Below are positions 30,982 to 42,716 of a stretch of DNA of 59,403 nucleotides, in pieces. Position numbers and translations under genes: made by a program. The first letter of the stretch is position 1. Every line of letters starts with the position of its first letter. Under the pieces are notes generated by a model. That model was not told the DNA's origin. It saw only the letters and a program-made list of their open reading frames with translations, and did not search any database. This DNA is from Sandaracinobacter sp. (GTDB lineage: Bacteria; Pseudomonadota; Alphaproteobacteria; Sphingomonadales; Sphingomonadaceae), in contig JBGTBK010000224.1 in NCBI GenBank assembly GCA_041749355.1, positions 1-59,403 on the forward strand, written 5' to 3'.

Positions 30982-32042
30982 CAGTAACGCCCCACCAGAA
31001 CATCCGTATAAAGCTCGGAAAGTTCAGGCTCCGGTGCCTGTTCCGCAAAGTCCGCTGCCTCGGCCACGACCTTCTTGATCTCCTGCTCGCAGGCCTTGAA
31101 CCAGGCCTCGTCGGCATGGCCCTGCTCCAGCATCTCCCGCTTGGCGAGGTCGATCGGGTCCCGGTTGTCCCGCACCGACTGCACTTCCTCGCGCGAACGA
31201 TATTTGGCCGGATCCGACATGGAGTGACCGCGATAGCGATAGGTCTTCATTTCCAGCAGGATCGGCCCGTGCCCGCCACGCACCCACTCCAGGGCGGCAT
31301 TGGCAGCGCCGCGAACGGCAAGCACATCCATCCCGTCAACCTGGAGCCCCTCGATCCGGAAGCTTTCGCCCCGGCGATAGAGCTGGTCCTCAGCCGAGGC
31401 CCGGTTCACCGACGTGCCCATTGCGTACTGGTTGTTCTCGATCACGAAGATCACCGGCAGTTTCCACAGCTCGGCCATGTTGAAGGCCTCATAGACCTGG
31501 CCCTGGTTCGCCGCACCATCGCCGAAATAGGCAAGCGCGACGCCGCCATCCTTCTTGTATTTGTGCGCAAAGCCAAGACCGGCGCCGATCGGAACCTGGG
31601 CCGCCACAATGCCATGCCCACCATAGAAGCCCTGCTCGACCGAGAACATGTGCATCGATCCGCCCTTCCCCCGGCTGATGCCGGCAGCGCGGCCGGTCAG
31701 CTCGGCCATGATGGCCTTGGGATCGATGTGGCAGGCCAGCATGTGCCCATGGTCCCGGTAGCCGGTCACGACACTGTCCCGACCGGGCACGATCGCCGAC
31801 TGCAGACCAGTAACCACGGCCTCCTGTCCGATATACAGGTGGCAGAACCCGCCGATCAGGCCCATGCCATACAGCTGGCCAGCCTTTTCCTCGAAGCGCC
31901 GGATCAGCAACATCATGCGATAGAAATCGCGATATTCCGCTGCCTCGGCTGCGTATCGCACCACATCGGGAAGTCGCTCCAGGCGGCCTTTTGCCTCTGA
32001 CGACCGCCCACCGGTCAGCGCCGCGCCCTTTGCTTTCGCCAA
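30981..32042 (-). CDS. pdhA: Pyruvate dehydrogenase E1 alpha
   Basis: [18 protein letters not shown] and [13 protein letters not shown] start at 32042 chosen from the upstream purine-rich RBS. Confidence 0.95.
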   Translation of the reverse strand: MAKAKGAALTGGRSSEAKGRLERLPDVVRYAAEAAEYRDFYRMMLLIRRFEEKAGQLYGMGLIGGFCHLYIGQEAVVTGLQSAIVPGRDSVVTGYRDHGHMLACHIDPKAIMAELTGRAAGISRGKGGSMHMFSVEQGFYGGHGIVAAQVPIGAGLGFAHKYKKDGGVALAYFGDGAANQGQVYEAFNMAELWKLPVIFVIENNQYAMGTSVNRASAEDQLYRRGESFRIEGLQVDGMDVLAVRGAANAALEWVRGGHGPILLEMKTYRYRGHSMSDPAKYRSREEVQSVRDNRDPIDLAKREMLEQGHADEAWFKACEQEIKKVVAEAADFAEQAPEPELSELYTDVLVGRY

Positions 32043-32136
32043 AGCCTGTCCCTTCAAGATCGCATCACCGGGCTACAGCCGCCGCACCCTCGCGCTGTTC
32101 TACCTGCACAGCCCCAAGTTTCAACCGCCAGCCACA

Positions 32137-32148
32137 GAATACGAATGC
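32137..32148. promoter_or_regulatory. Candidate LacI-type operator upstream of pdhA (GAATACGAATGC)
   Basis: Intergenic (ftsB-pdhA), about 95 bp upstream of pdhA; 10/12 match to GCATACGTATGC. Confidence 0.5.
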
Positions 32149-32162
32149 GGGCAGAAGGGAGT

Positions 32163-32498
32163 TCAGCCCTCAGCCGCGGGACGTGTCGGGGAATCCAGTG
32201 GCACGATCAGTTCATCAGGCCGGATCACGCCCAGATGGCGCCGAACAAGTTCGTCGGCGAAATCAGGATCGGCCCCCCGCGGATCGAGCAGCGCAATGTC
32301 CCGGCTCAGCGCAGCCTTGCGGGCTGCCAGCGTCGCCTGCTGGGCCTGCATCTCCTCCTTTGACCGACGAATGTCATCAAGGGCAAAGTAGCCGGAAGAC
32401 CCGAACAGGGCATGGACACCGAAGTAGGCGATCACCAGGAAGCACAGAGCCGGCAAAGCGGCGCGCTTCATGAGGTCGATCAAGGGTGCTGGCTGCAT
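32163..32498 (-). CDS. ftsB: FtsB/DivIC septum formation initiator
   Basis: N-terminal TM segment, G..GY, coiled coil, DELVRRHLGVIRPDE; lies between eno and pdhA. Confidence 0.88.
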   Translation of the reverse strand: MQPAPLIDLMKRAALPALCFLVIAYFGVHALFGSSGYFALDDIRRSKEEMQAQQATLAARKAALSRDIALLDPRGADPDFADELVRRHLGVIRPDELIVPLDSPTRPAAEG

Positions 32499-32819
32499 GA
32501 TTTACAGAATCACGCACAGCCCTGCCAGTCAAGGCCGAAGCGAACGCGATTCCCGCCTGGAACAGTCCGTGCGCCCAACCGAGCGCGCCACCCAGTTCGC
32601 GTTCGACGCGCACCGATTCGCCATTGCCGCCGCCGAAATGGTCAGCGACGACAAATTCTGCCGGCAGAGATCCCGCCCGGACACCCCCAGCAGCGAGGAT
32701 GACTCCTGACGGTCCGCCGGAGGCCCCTCGCCGCCGCGCACCACAAGATGCTGTAGCCGAACGGCTTCATTCATTACGTGAAGACCTACTTCACACGCTA
32801 CATTAAGTTTACAAACTCA

Positions 32820-32835
32820 TGGCACGACTGTTGTA
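32820..32835 (+). promoter_or_regulatory. Sigma54 (-24/-12)-like promoter
   Basis: TGGCACGACTGTTGTA versus consensus TGGCACG-N4-TTGCW: correct spacing, one deviation at the -12 C. In an AT-rich tract about 145 bp upstream of the PEP-CTERM gene. Confidence 0.5.
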
Positions 32836-32979
32836 AATTTGTCGCACCGGCCCCGCTTCAAACATGAAAAAATGTAAACCAGCGTTTTCTGCTCTTTAAG
32901 CCGACATGGTTACTCGGTATCGCTCGGTCAACGGGCGGAAAACAAAAAAACGGGTCGCTCGGAAAAACCGGAGAACGCC

Positions 32980-33258
32980 ATGTACAGCCCCATCATGAAG
33001 GCCGGCGCCGCCCTGATCCTCCTCGCAACGGGAGGAACCTCGGCACTTTCCAAGAGTCAGGCAGAAGATCTGACGGTAAGTGCTTATAAAACAGAACAGA
33101 TCGTCACAGTTAAGACGACACCTGAACGAGTCGCTTTCACACAAGACCAGAGCGGCAGCCAAATGTCGCCAATGCCGGAACCCGGCAACATCGCAATGCT
33201 GATCACAGGCATCTGCCTGGCCGGCGTTGCAGCGAGCAGGCGCAAGGTCGCTGCCTGA
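32980..33258 (+). CDS. Small PEP-CTERM sorting-domain protein
   Basis: RBS GGAG, N-terminal signal peptide, C-terminal MPEPG + hydrophobic helix + RRK tail; 92 aa. Confidence 0.85.
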   Translation: MYSPIMKAGAALILLATGGTSALSKSQAEDLTVSAYKTEQIVTVKTTPERVAFTQDQSGSQMSPMPEPGNIAMLITGICLAGVAASRRKVAA

Positions 33259-33292
33259 CCGCAACTTCCAACCCTAAGACCAACAATTTCCT

Positions 33293-33332
33293 TTGGGCCC
33301 GGCTTTCTGAAAGTCGGGCCCAATTCTCTTTC
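33293..33332. terminator. Intrinsic terminator, probably bidirectional, between the PEP-CTERM gene and eno
   Basis: Stem TTGGGCCCGGCTTT / AAAGTCGGGCCCAA (one G-U pair) followed by TTCTCTTT. Confidence 0.7.
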
Positions 33333-33385
33333 TGGGCAGGCCTACCCCGCACTTCGCGCCCGGATGCCAGGCTGGCTCTACCAGC

Positions 33386-34702
<1,317 letters not shown>

Positions 34703-34712
34703 TTACAGGGGC

Positions 34713-35693
34713 TCAGCCCCACAATTCAACTGGCGGAGGGTCGACATCGCTTCCGACAAAACGCATCCCGGCCGCCCGATCACGGGCCAGCAGGAGCGGG
34801 CCATCCAGATCGGCAAACTGGGCCTGCATCGCAGCCACGAAGGCCGGCGCTATGCCGAGCGAGGTGGAAAGCATGCAGCCGGTCATGATTCCGAGCCCGC
34901 GCTGGCGGGCCGCATGCACCAGGGCCAGTGCCTCTGTAAGGCCCCCGCATTTGTCGAGCTTCACATTCAGGAACCGATAGCGGCCGACGATATCGCCGAG
35001 TTCGGCGCGGCTTTGCAGGCTTTCGTCGGCACACAGCGGGATCGGCGAGCGGACGTGCACCAGGTCAACGTCTGCGCCGGCCGGCAGCGGCTGCTCCACC
35101 ATCTCCACATTGCAGGTGTGAAGTGCATAGCACATTCTTTCAATATCAATGCCTTGCCAACTTTCATTTGCGTCTGCAATCAATCTTGCATCGGGTGCAG
35201 CCGCGCGAACGGCGGCAACGCGTTCTTCGTCGCCCCGTCCGCCGAGCTTCAGCTTCAGAAGCTCGCGCCCGGACGCTGCCCGGGCCGCTGCCGCCATTTC
35301 GGCCGGATCGCCCAGGCTGATCGTGTAGGCCGTCAGCATCGGGCGCGCCGGCGGCAAACCCGCCAGTTCCCACACCCGCCGGCCGGACTGCTTGGCTTCC
35401 AGATCCCACAGTGCCGAATCAATGGCATTGCGGGCCGCGCCTGGCGGGAGGATGTCGAGCAGGTCCGCGCGGGTGGCGCCCTGGCCAATGGAATCGACGG
35501 CCGTGTTTGCAAGGGCCAAGGCCGCCTCGATGCTGTCGCTCCTGTAGTAGATGGGCGTGCCCTCCCCTCGGCCTGTCAGGGGGCCATCGGCAATTTCTGC
35601 AACAAGCACATCGACATGGGTCTTCGTCCCCCTTGCGATTACAAAGGGGCGGGCCGTTTCCCAGCGTTCGGTTCGCACGACGAGTTTCCGCAT
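34713..35693 (-). CDS. Dipeptide epimerase / N-acyl-amino acid racemase (enolase superfamily, YcjG/DgcA-like)
   Basis: KLKLG, DANE, EQP, ADES, NVKLDKCGGL, GCM and DLDG motifs. Confidence 0.87.
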   Translation of the reverse strand: MRKLVVRTERWETARPFVIARGTKTHVDVLVAEIADGPLTGRGEGTPIYYRSDSIEAALALANTAVDSIGQGATRADLLDILPPGAARNAIDSALWDLEAKQSGRRVWELAGLPPARPMLTAYTISLGDPAEMAAAARAASGRELLKLKLGGRGDEERVAAVRAAAPDARLIADANESWQGIDIERMCYALHTCNVEMVEQPLPAGADVDLVHVRSPIPLCADESLQSRAELGDIVGRYRFLNVKLDKCGGLTEALALVHAARQRGLGIMTGCMLSTSLGIAPAFVAAMQAQFADLDGPLLLARDRAAGMRFVGSDVDPPPVELWG

Positions 35694-35739
35694 GGCCTTC
35701 CGCCTAGCGCCACTGCGGGGCCGCCGCTAGGGTGAAGCC

Positions 35740-36126
35740 ATGGGCATGATGGACTGGGCGAAGCGGGCGTCACATCGGTTGCGGCGGGATGCGCACATGT
35801 TGTGGATTGCGGCGCGGGACTCGCGGACGCCGCTGCTGGCAAAACTGGTTGCCGGATTTGTCGCCGCTTATGCGCTGTCGCCGATTGATCTGATCCCCGA
35901 TTTCGTGCCGGTGCTTGGCCTTTTGGACGAGTTGGTCATCGTCCCGCTTGGCCTGGCGCTTGCGATTCTGCTTGTGCCGGCAGGTTTGATGGCCGAATTT
36001 CGGACCCAGGCGGATGTCGCGACCGAGCGCCCCGTCAGCCGGGTGGGTGCCCTGCTCGTGATCCTTCTGTGGGCCAGCCTCGCCACCTTTTTGGCACTGC
36101 AGATCTGGGCTTTAAGATACTGGTAG
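35740..36126 (+). CDS. YkvA/DUF1232 family membrane protein
   Basis: YALSPIDLIPDFVPVLGLLD motif. Confidence 0.88.
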   Translation: MGMMDWAKRASHRLRRDAHMLWIAARDSRTPLLAKLVAGFVAAYALSPIDLIPDFVPVLGLLDELVIVPLGLALAILLVPAGLMAEFRTQADVATERPVSRVGALLVILLWASLATFLALQIWALRYW

Positions 36127-36138
36127 GAAGGACAGGAG

Positions 36139-36450
36139 ATGACGGAAGAGACGCCGGATGAGGCGATCGAGCTGGACCCCGTCGTTGTCGTGGCCAGGAT
36201 CACGACTCTGGAGATGCTGGTCCGGCAGATGATGGTGGTGCAGCTGCGCCTGCTGGCGGATCGGGGCCATATCGAGCTGACGCCGACCTACGTGCAGAAT
36301 CTGGCCGATGCCTATGCCGAGAAGGTGGACGAATCGACCATCATCGAGAGCAATTCAGCCGACGTGAACTATGCGTTCAAGCTGAATGTGCTGCACCAGC
36401 TGGAGCGATTCTTCGACGAGATCGGCGCCCATCTGAAGGAAAACCCCTGA
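36139..36450 (+). CDS. Hypothetical protein
   Basis: Strong RBS (AGGAG), GC3-rich codons, 103 aa, acidic. Confidence 0.75.
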   Translation: MTEETPDEAIELDPVVVVARITTLEMLVRQMMVVQLRLLADRGHIELTPTYVQNLADAYAEKVDESTIIESNSADVNYAFKLNVLHQLERFFDEIGAHLKENP

Positions 36451-36667
36451 GCCGCCAGTGGGCGCTTTTCCCATCACAAACATTGCATCAGGGCGGTTTT
36501 GCGCTGCGCCAGAGTGGCCGATCGGAACGCGGATGGGCAGACATTGCAGCAGAACGTACCGGAGTGACGAAAGCGGAGTGAGCAAGCCTGAAACGGCAGG
36601 GCTTTCCAGCGACGCTGGCCGCTGCTAGAGGGCGCCTCCCACGCCAATACCCGGCAGGACAATTCGG

Positions 36668-36741
36668 GGCCCGATGGCGGAGTGGTGACGCAGAGGACTG
36701 CAAATCCTTGCACGCCGGTTCGATTCCGGCTCGGGCCTCCA
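36668..36741 (+). tRNA. tRNA-Cys (GCA)
   Basis: Acceptor GGCCCGA/TCGGGCC, anticodon loop CTGCAAA, T-arm GCCGG-TTCGATT-CCGGC, discriminator T, encoded CCA; 74 nt. Confidence 0.97.
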
Positions 36742-36978
36742 ATCCGCGGTCGGCGCGGCCTTCTCCCCTTGTTCGTGCAGAACGCACTTGGCACGACGCC
36801 TTGGCGCCGGTTGAGCTCTCCGCATGTCAATTGAACAGATCTAGCCCGAAAGCCGGTTTCAATTGCTTGTGAGATTTTCTTGATAGTTAACGTTAAACTT
36901 AAAAATTGAAAAAATAACGGAATTTTCGTTAGTTAGAGACTTTTACGCCATTCTGAGAAGTTGCATGAACATCACAGA

Positions 36979-37007
36979 CCGACGCTCACACGCTGTGTGA
37001 GCGTCGG
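36979..37007. terminator. 13-bp perfect hairpin downstream of eda (terminator or sRNA stem)
   Basis: CCGACGCTCACAC-GCT-GTGTGAGCGTCGG, about 20 bp past the eda stop; no clear U-tract. Confidence 0.55.
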
Positions 37008-37028
37008 CCACTGTTGGTTAATACTGAT

Positions 37029-37646
37029 TCAGGCGGGCGATAGCTCCGCAGCCGCACGCGCAGCCCGCTCGATTGCCGCGGGATCAACAGCGCCCTTCCC
37101 CACCAGCCAGCTCCCGCCCACACACAGCACTGCGTCTTCGGCAAGCCAGTCCGGCGCCGACGCCAGGGTGATTCCGCCCGTGGGGCAGAAGCGCGCCTGC
37201 TGGAAGGGAGCTGCAAGCGCTTTCAGGGCCTTCAGCCCCCCGGCGGCTTCGGCAGGAAAGAATTTGAAGCGATCGAGCCCGAGGTCGAGCCCGCGCATGA
37301 TGTCGCCTGCGGTTGCAACGCCGGGAAGGAAAGGAATTTCCCGGTCGCGGGCGCTGTGCGCCAGCTTTTCCGTAAGCCCGGGCGAAACGATGAATTCGGC
37401 GCCAGCAGCAATCGCGGCATCCAGATCGCGACAATTCAGGACCGTCCCTGCCCCGACGACTGCGCCCGGCACATCCTTCATGGCGCGGATCACCTCCAGC
37501 GCGGCGGCCGTGCGAAGAGTGACTTCCAGAACCCGAAGCCCGCCGGCGACAAGGGCCCTTGCGATTGCAACGCCCGACGCTGTGTCGTCAATCACAAGCA
37601 CAGGGATCACGGGCCCCAACCGCATGATGGGTTCGATCCTGTTCAT
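37029..37646 (-). CDS. eda: KDPG/KHG aldolase
   Basis: LEVTLRT, GAGTV, FIVSPG, KFFPA and FCPTGGI motifs. ATG at 37646. Confidence 0.95.
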   Translation of the reverse strand: MNRIEPIMRLGPVIPVLVIDDTASGVAIARALVAGGLRVLEVTLRTAAALEVIRAMKDVPGAVVGAGTVLNCRDLDAAIAAGAEFIVSPGLTEKLAHSARDREIPFLPGVATAGDIMRGLDLGLDRFKFFPAEAAGGLKALKALAAPFQQARFCPTGGITLASAPDWLAEDAVLCVGGSWLVGKGAVDPAAIERAARAAAELSPA

Positions 37647-38607
37647 GGGCGGTCCCTTTCGAACCAGGCGGCAGCCGCGCCCAGAAGGCCAGGCTCGGGG
37701 TGGGTGATCCGGAGAATGGGGATGGCGGCCATTCGCGCTTCGAACCGACCCTTTGCGATGAAGCGGGCGTGGAAGCCGGATGCCGGCAACAGGTGCTGCA
37801 CCCGCGGCAGCATGCCGCCCGCCAGCACGACGGCGTCGGCCCCTTGCGCGAGCGCAAGGTCGCCCGCCACACTGCCAAGTGCCAGGCACCAACGGTCAAA
37901 GGCGGCCTCTGCAAGCGGGTCCTTCTCGATCAGGGCCGCTTCCCACAGCGCCCTGTCGTCCCGCGATGGGACTGCCCTGCCTTCGATCGCTGCAAGTGCC
38001 GAGAGGATGTTGGCAAGACCCGGGCCCGCCACCACCCGCTCCACCGACACCCGGCGGAACTGCGCGCGCAACTGGCCGAGCACCATGTCCTCCAGGCTGT
38101 CGAGCGGGGCGAAGTCGATGTGGCCGCCTTCGGTCGCGATGACCCGGGGGCGCGCACCGGTCAGCAGCATTGCAACGCCGAGCCCTGTTCCGGGCCCGAT
38201 CACGCTGACGACGCCCGCCTCGGGAATGCCGCCTTCGGGGCCTGCGACGGGCTCGAAATCCTTCGGCCCGCACGCGGAAACCGCGTGCGCAACAGCTGCG
38301 AAATCGTTGACGAGAATAGCGGAATCCAGACCGAGCCGTTCGGCGATATGGGCCGGTCGGATGACCCAGGGATTGTTGGTCAGCTTCAGAAGTTCACCAT
38401 CGACTGGCGCCGCGACGGCAAGCGCTGCGTGGGTTGGCACGCTGCGCCCGAGGCCCTCGCGATAGGCTTCGAACGCGGTCTGCAGGCTGGCATGGTCTGC
38501 CACCTTCAGCTTCGCTTCGTGGGTCAGGGTGATCCTGCCATCATCGTGCCGGGTTGCGATGGCGAAACGGCAGTGGGTGCCCCCGATGTCGGCTGCAACC
38601 AGTTCCA

Positions 38608-38611
<4 letters not shown>
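37643..38611 (-). CDS. glk: Glucokinase
   Basis: [27 protein letters not shown] and [10 protein letters not shown] motifs. Confidence 0.93.
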
Positions 38612-40443
<1,832 letters not shown>

Positions 40444-40465
40444 GGTCAGCCTCGCTTCTGCCCCC

Positions 40466-41161
40466 TCAGGGGCACCAGTGGATGTCGATTGCCTGGGACG
40501 TGTCGGCCAGAAGGCGGCCGATGGGATATTTCGACCCGGCGCCGTCCTTCAGGGCCTTTTCCAGAACCTTTCGCTTGTCGGCGCCGGTGATGTGGATGAG
40601 GACTGCGCGGGCTGAGAGGATCGCGGACTTGGTCAAGGTGACGCGGGAGACAGGCGCCTCCGATGGCAGGGGATCGGGCGTGACGCCGACGGCGCGGTGC
40701 GGCGCTGTGAGTGCGGCATCGAGATCGGGGCCGGGGAAGATGGAGGCGGTGTGGCCGTCTGCGCCCATGCCCAGCCAGACGAGATCTAGCGGCCAGTGCA
40801 CAGCCTGAAGGCGGGCGTCTGCGGCCTTGCCGGCTTCCGTTACAGGAAGGTCACCGCCCGTCAGCGGGAGGACGCGCGCGCCCAGCGGCAGGAAGCGTTC
40901 GGCCAGCATGCGCACGTTCGACAGCTTGTCGTGCACGGGCACCAGGCGGTCGTCGGTTGGGACGATCGTGACGTCCTTCCACTTGAGCTTGGCCTTTTTC
41001 AGCAGTTCGAGGGCAGCAAGCGGGGTGTTGCCGCCCGGAAAGGCCACGACGGCGTCGCCGCGCGCATCCAGCGCGCTTTCGATCACGAACTGGGCATCGC
41101 CAGCCACCGCCTCGGAGAGTTCCTGAGCCGAGTCATACTCCCACCATTCCGCTTCGATCAT
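40466..41161 (-). CDS. pgl: 6-phosphogluconolactonase
   Basis: GGNTP, DDRLVP...SN and [14 protein letters not shown] motifs. ATG at 41161. Confidence 0.93.
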   Translation of the reverse strand: MIEAEWWEYDSAQELSEAVAGDAQFVIESALDARGDAVVAFPGGNTPLAALELLKKAKLKWKDVTIVPTDDRLVPVHDKLSNVRMLAERFLPLGARVLPLTGGDLPVTEAGKAADARLQAVHWPLDLVWLGMGADGHTASIFPGPDLDAALTAPHRAVGVTPDPLPSEAPVSRVTLTKSAILSARAVLIHITGADKRKVLEKALKDGAGSKYPIGRLLADTSQAIDIHWCP

Positions 41162-41189
41162 AATGTCAGTCTCCTTCGAAGCGGGGCGC

Positions 41190-42650
41190 TTAATCGTTCC
41201 AGCTGGCATTGTCGCGCTCGATCAGCGCGATAGCAGCCGATGGGCCCCAGCTTCCGGCGGTGTAGGGCTTGGGTTGCTGGTCGTTTTCGGCCCAGCCTTT
41301 GCGGATCCCGTCGATGAAGGCCCATTGCGCCTCCACCTCGTCGCGGCGGACGAACAGGGTCTGCCGGCCTTCAATCAAGTCGAGAAGCAGCTGTTCGTAG
41401 GCGATCCGGCGGCGGGTGTCGGCAAAGGCATCCTTGTTGCCGATGTCGAGCGAGACGGGGCGGAGCGAGATTCCGCCACGCGACAGGCCCGGCACCTTTG
41501 ACATCAGCTGGAGCTGGATATTCTCTTCGGGCTGCAGGCTGATGAGGAGCCGGTTGGGCTCCATGCCCTTCACGCTGTCGCCGAAGATCGAATGAGGCAC
41601 TTCCCTGAAGGCGATCAGGATCTCGGACTTTCGGGCGCCCAGGCGCTTGCCTGTGCGAAGGTAGAAAGGCACGCCCTTCCAGCGCCAGTTGTCGACATGG
41701 GCCTTCAGAGCAACGAAGGTCTCGGTGGCAGACGGTTTGCCGAGCTCGTCAGCATAGCCGCGGACGGGCTGGCCGCCGACGGCGCCTGCCACATACTGAC
41801 CCGTGACGCTGTGGCTGGCGACGCTGCTGCTGTCGATCGGGCGCAGCGAGTTCAGGACCTTCACCTTCTCGTCGCGAACGGCGGTGGCGGTAAAGTGGCT
41901 GGGCGGCTCCATCGCAACAAGGGCGAGGAGCTGGAGCATGTGGTTCTGCACCATGTCGCGCAGCGCGCCAGCGCCGTCATAGAAATCGACCCGGCCTTCA
42001 AGGCCGACGGTTTCGGCAACGGTGATCTGCACATGGCTGATCGCGTCGGAGCGCCAGAGCGGTTCGAACAGCACATTGGCAAAGCGCAGCGCCATCAGGT
42101 TCTGGACAGTTTCCTTGCCCAGATAATGGTCGATGCGGAAGATCTGCCGCTCGGCAAAGGCGGCCGCGACCGCATCGTTGATTTCGGCCGAGCTGCCGAG
42201 ATCGGAACCGAGCGGCTTTTCGAGGCCGATGCGGACGTTGGGGCCGGCAAGGCCGGCACCTGCGAGGCCTTCGATGGTGGCCTTGAACAGCGAAGGGGCC
42301 GTGGAGAGGAAGATGCTGATGGGCCGGTCTTCGGGGCATTGGCCCGACCCGCAAGCCGCCTGGGCAAGGCGGTGGTAGCCCGACATGTCGGTCGCATCGA
42401 GCGGGACGTAGGAGAGCTGTGCGAGGAAGGCGTCTGCCCGGGCGGAGTCGCCGAGGCCGGCTGCCACGTGGGAGGCCAGCGCCTCGGCTGCCATGGCGCG
42501 GAAGCCTTCGTCGTCGAGCTTGCTGCGCGCGGTGCCGACGATACGGAGGTCTGCGGGAAGGAGGCCGTCGATCGACAGCCCGTAGAGCGAGGGAAGCAGC
42601 ATCCTGCGCGAGAGATCGCCCGTGGCGCCGAAGAGGAGGACTGCGGTCAT
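41190..42650 (-). CDS. zwf: Glucose-6-phosphate 1-dehydrogenase
   Basis: GATGDL, EKPLG, RIDHYLGKE and RDMVQNH motifs. ATG at 42650. Confidence 0.97.
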   Translation of the reverse strand: MTAVLLFGATGDLSRRMLLPSLYGLSIDGLLPADLRIVGTARSKLDDEGFRAMAAEALASHVAAGLGDSARADAFLAQLSYVPLDATDMSGYHRLAQAACGSGQCPEDRPISIFLSTAPSLFKATIEGLAGAGLAGPNVRIGLEKPLGSDLGSSAEINDAVAAAFAERQIFRIDHYLGKETVQNLMALRFANVLFEPLWRSDAISHVQITVAETVGLEGRVDFYDGAGALRDMVQNHMLQLLALVAMEPPSHFTATAVRDEKVKVLNSLRPIDSSSVASHSVTGQYVAGAVGGQPVRGYADELGKPSATETFVALKAHVDNWRWKGVPFYLRTGKRLGARKSEILIAFREVPHSIFGDSVKGMEPNRLLISLQPEENIQLQLMSKVPGLSRGGISLRPVSLDIGNKDAFADTRRRIAYEQLLLDLIEGRQTLFVRRDEVEAQWAFIDGIRKGWAENDQQPKPYTAGSWGPSAAIALIERDNASWND

Positions 42651-42690
42651 GCGCAAAACCCTAGCAACAGAATGCTGCAAGGCCAGTGCT

Positions 42691-42702
42691 GAATACGATT
42701 GC
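42691..42702. promoter_or_regulatory. Candidate LacI-type operator upstream of zwf (GAATACGATTGC)
   Basis: Lies in the 66-bp GH97-zwf gap. With flanks it reads TGAATACGATTGCA, an imperfect palindrome with central CG. Confidence 0.55.
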
Positions 42703-42716
42703 AGGCTGGTGATTGG

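Noticed and set aside
32529-32774. Small ORFs between ftsB and the PEP-CTERM gene
   Set aside because: No convincing RBS, codon bias or motifs.
36887-36902. CtrA box (TTAA-N7-TTAA)
   Set aside because: The spacer is 8 nt (TTAA-CGTTAAAC-TTAA), not 7.
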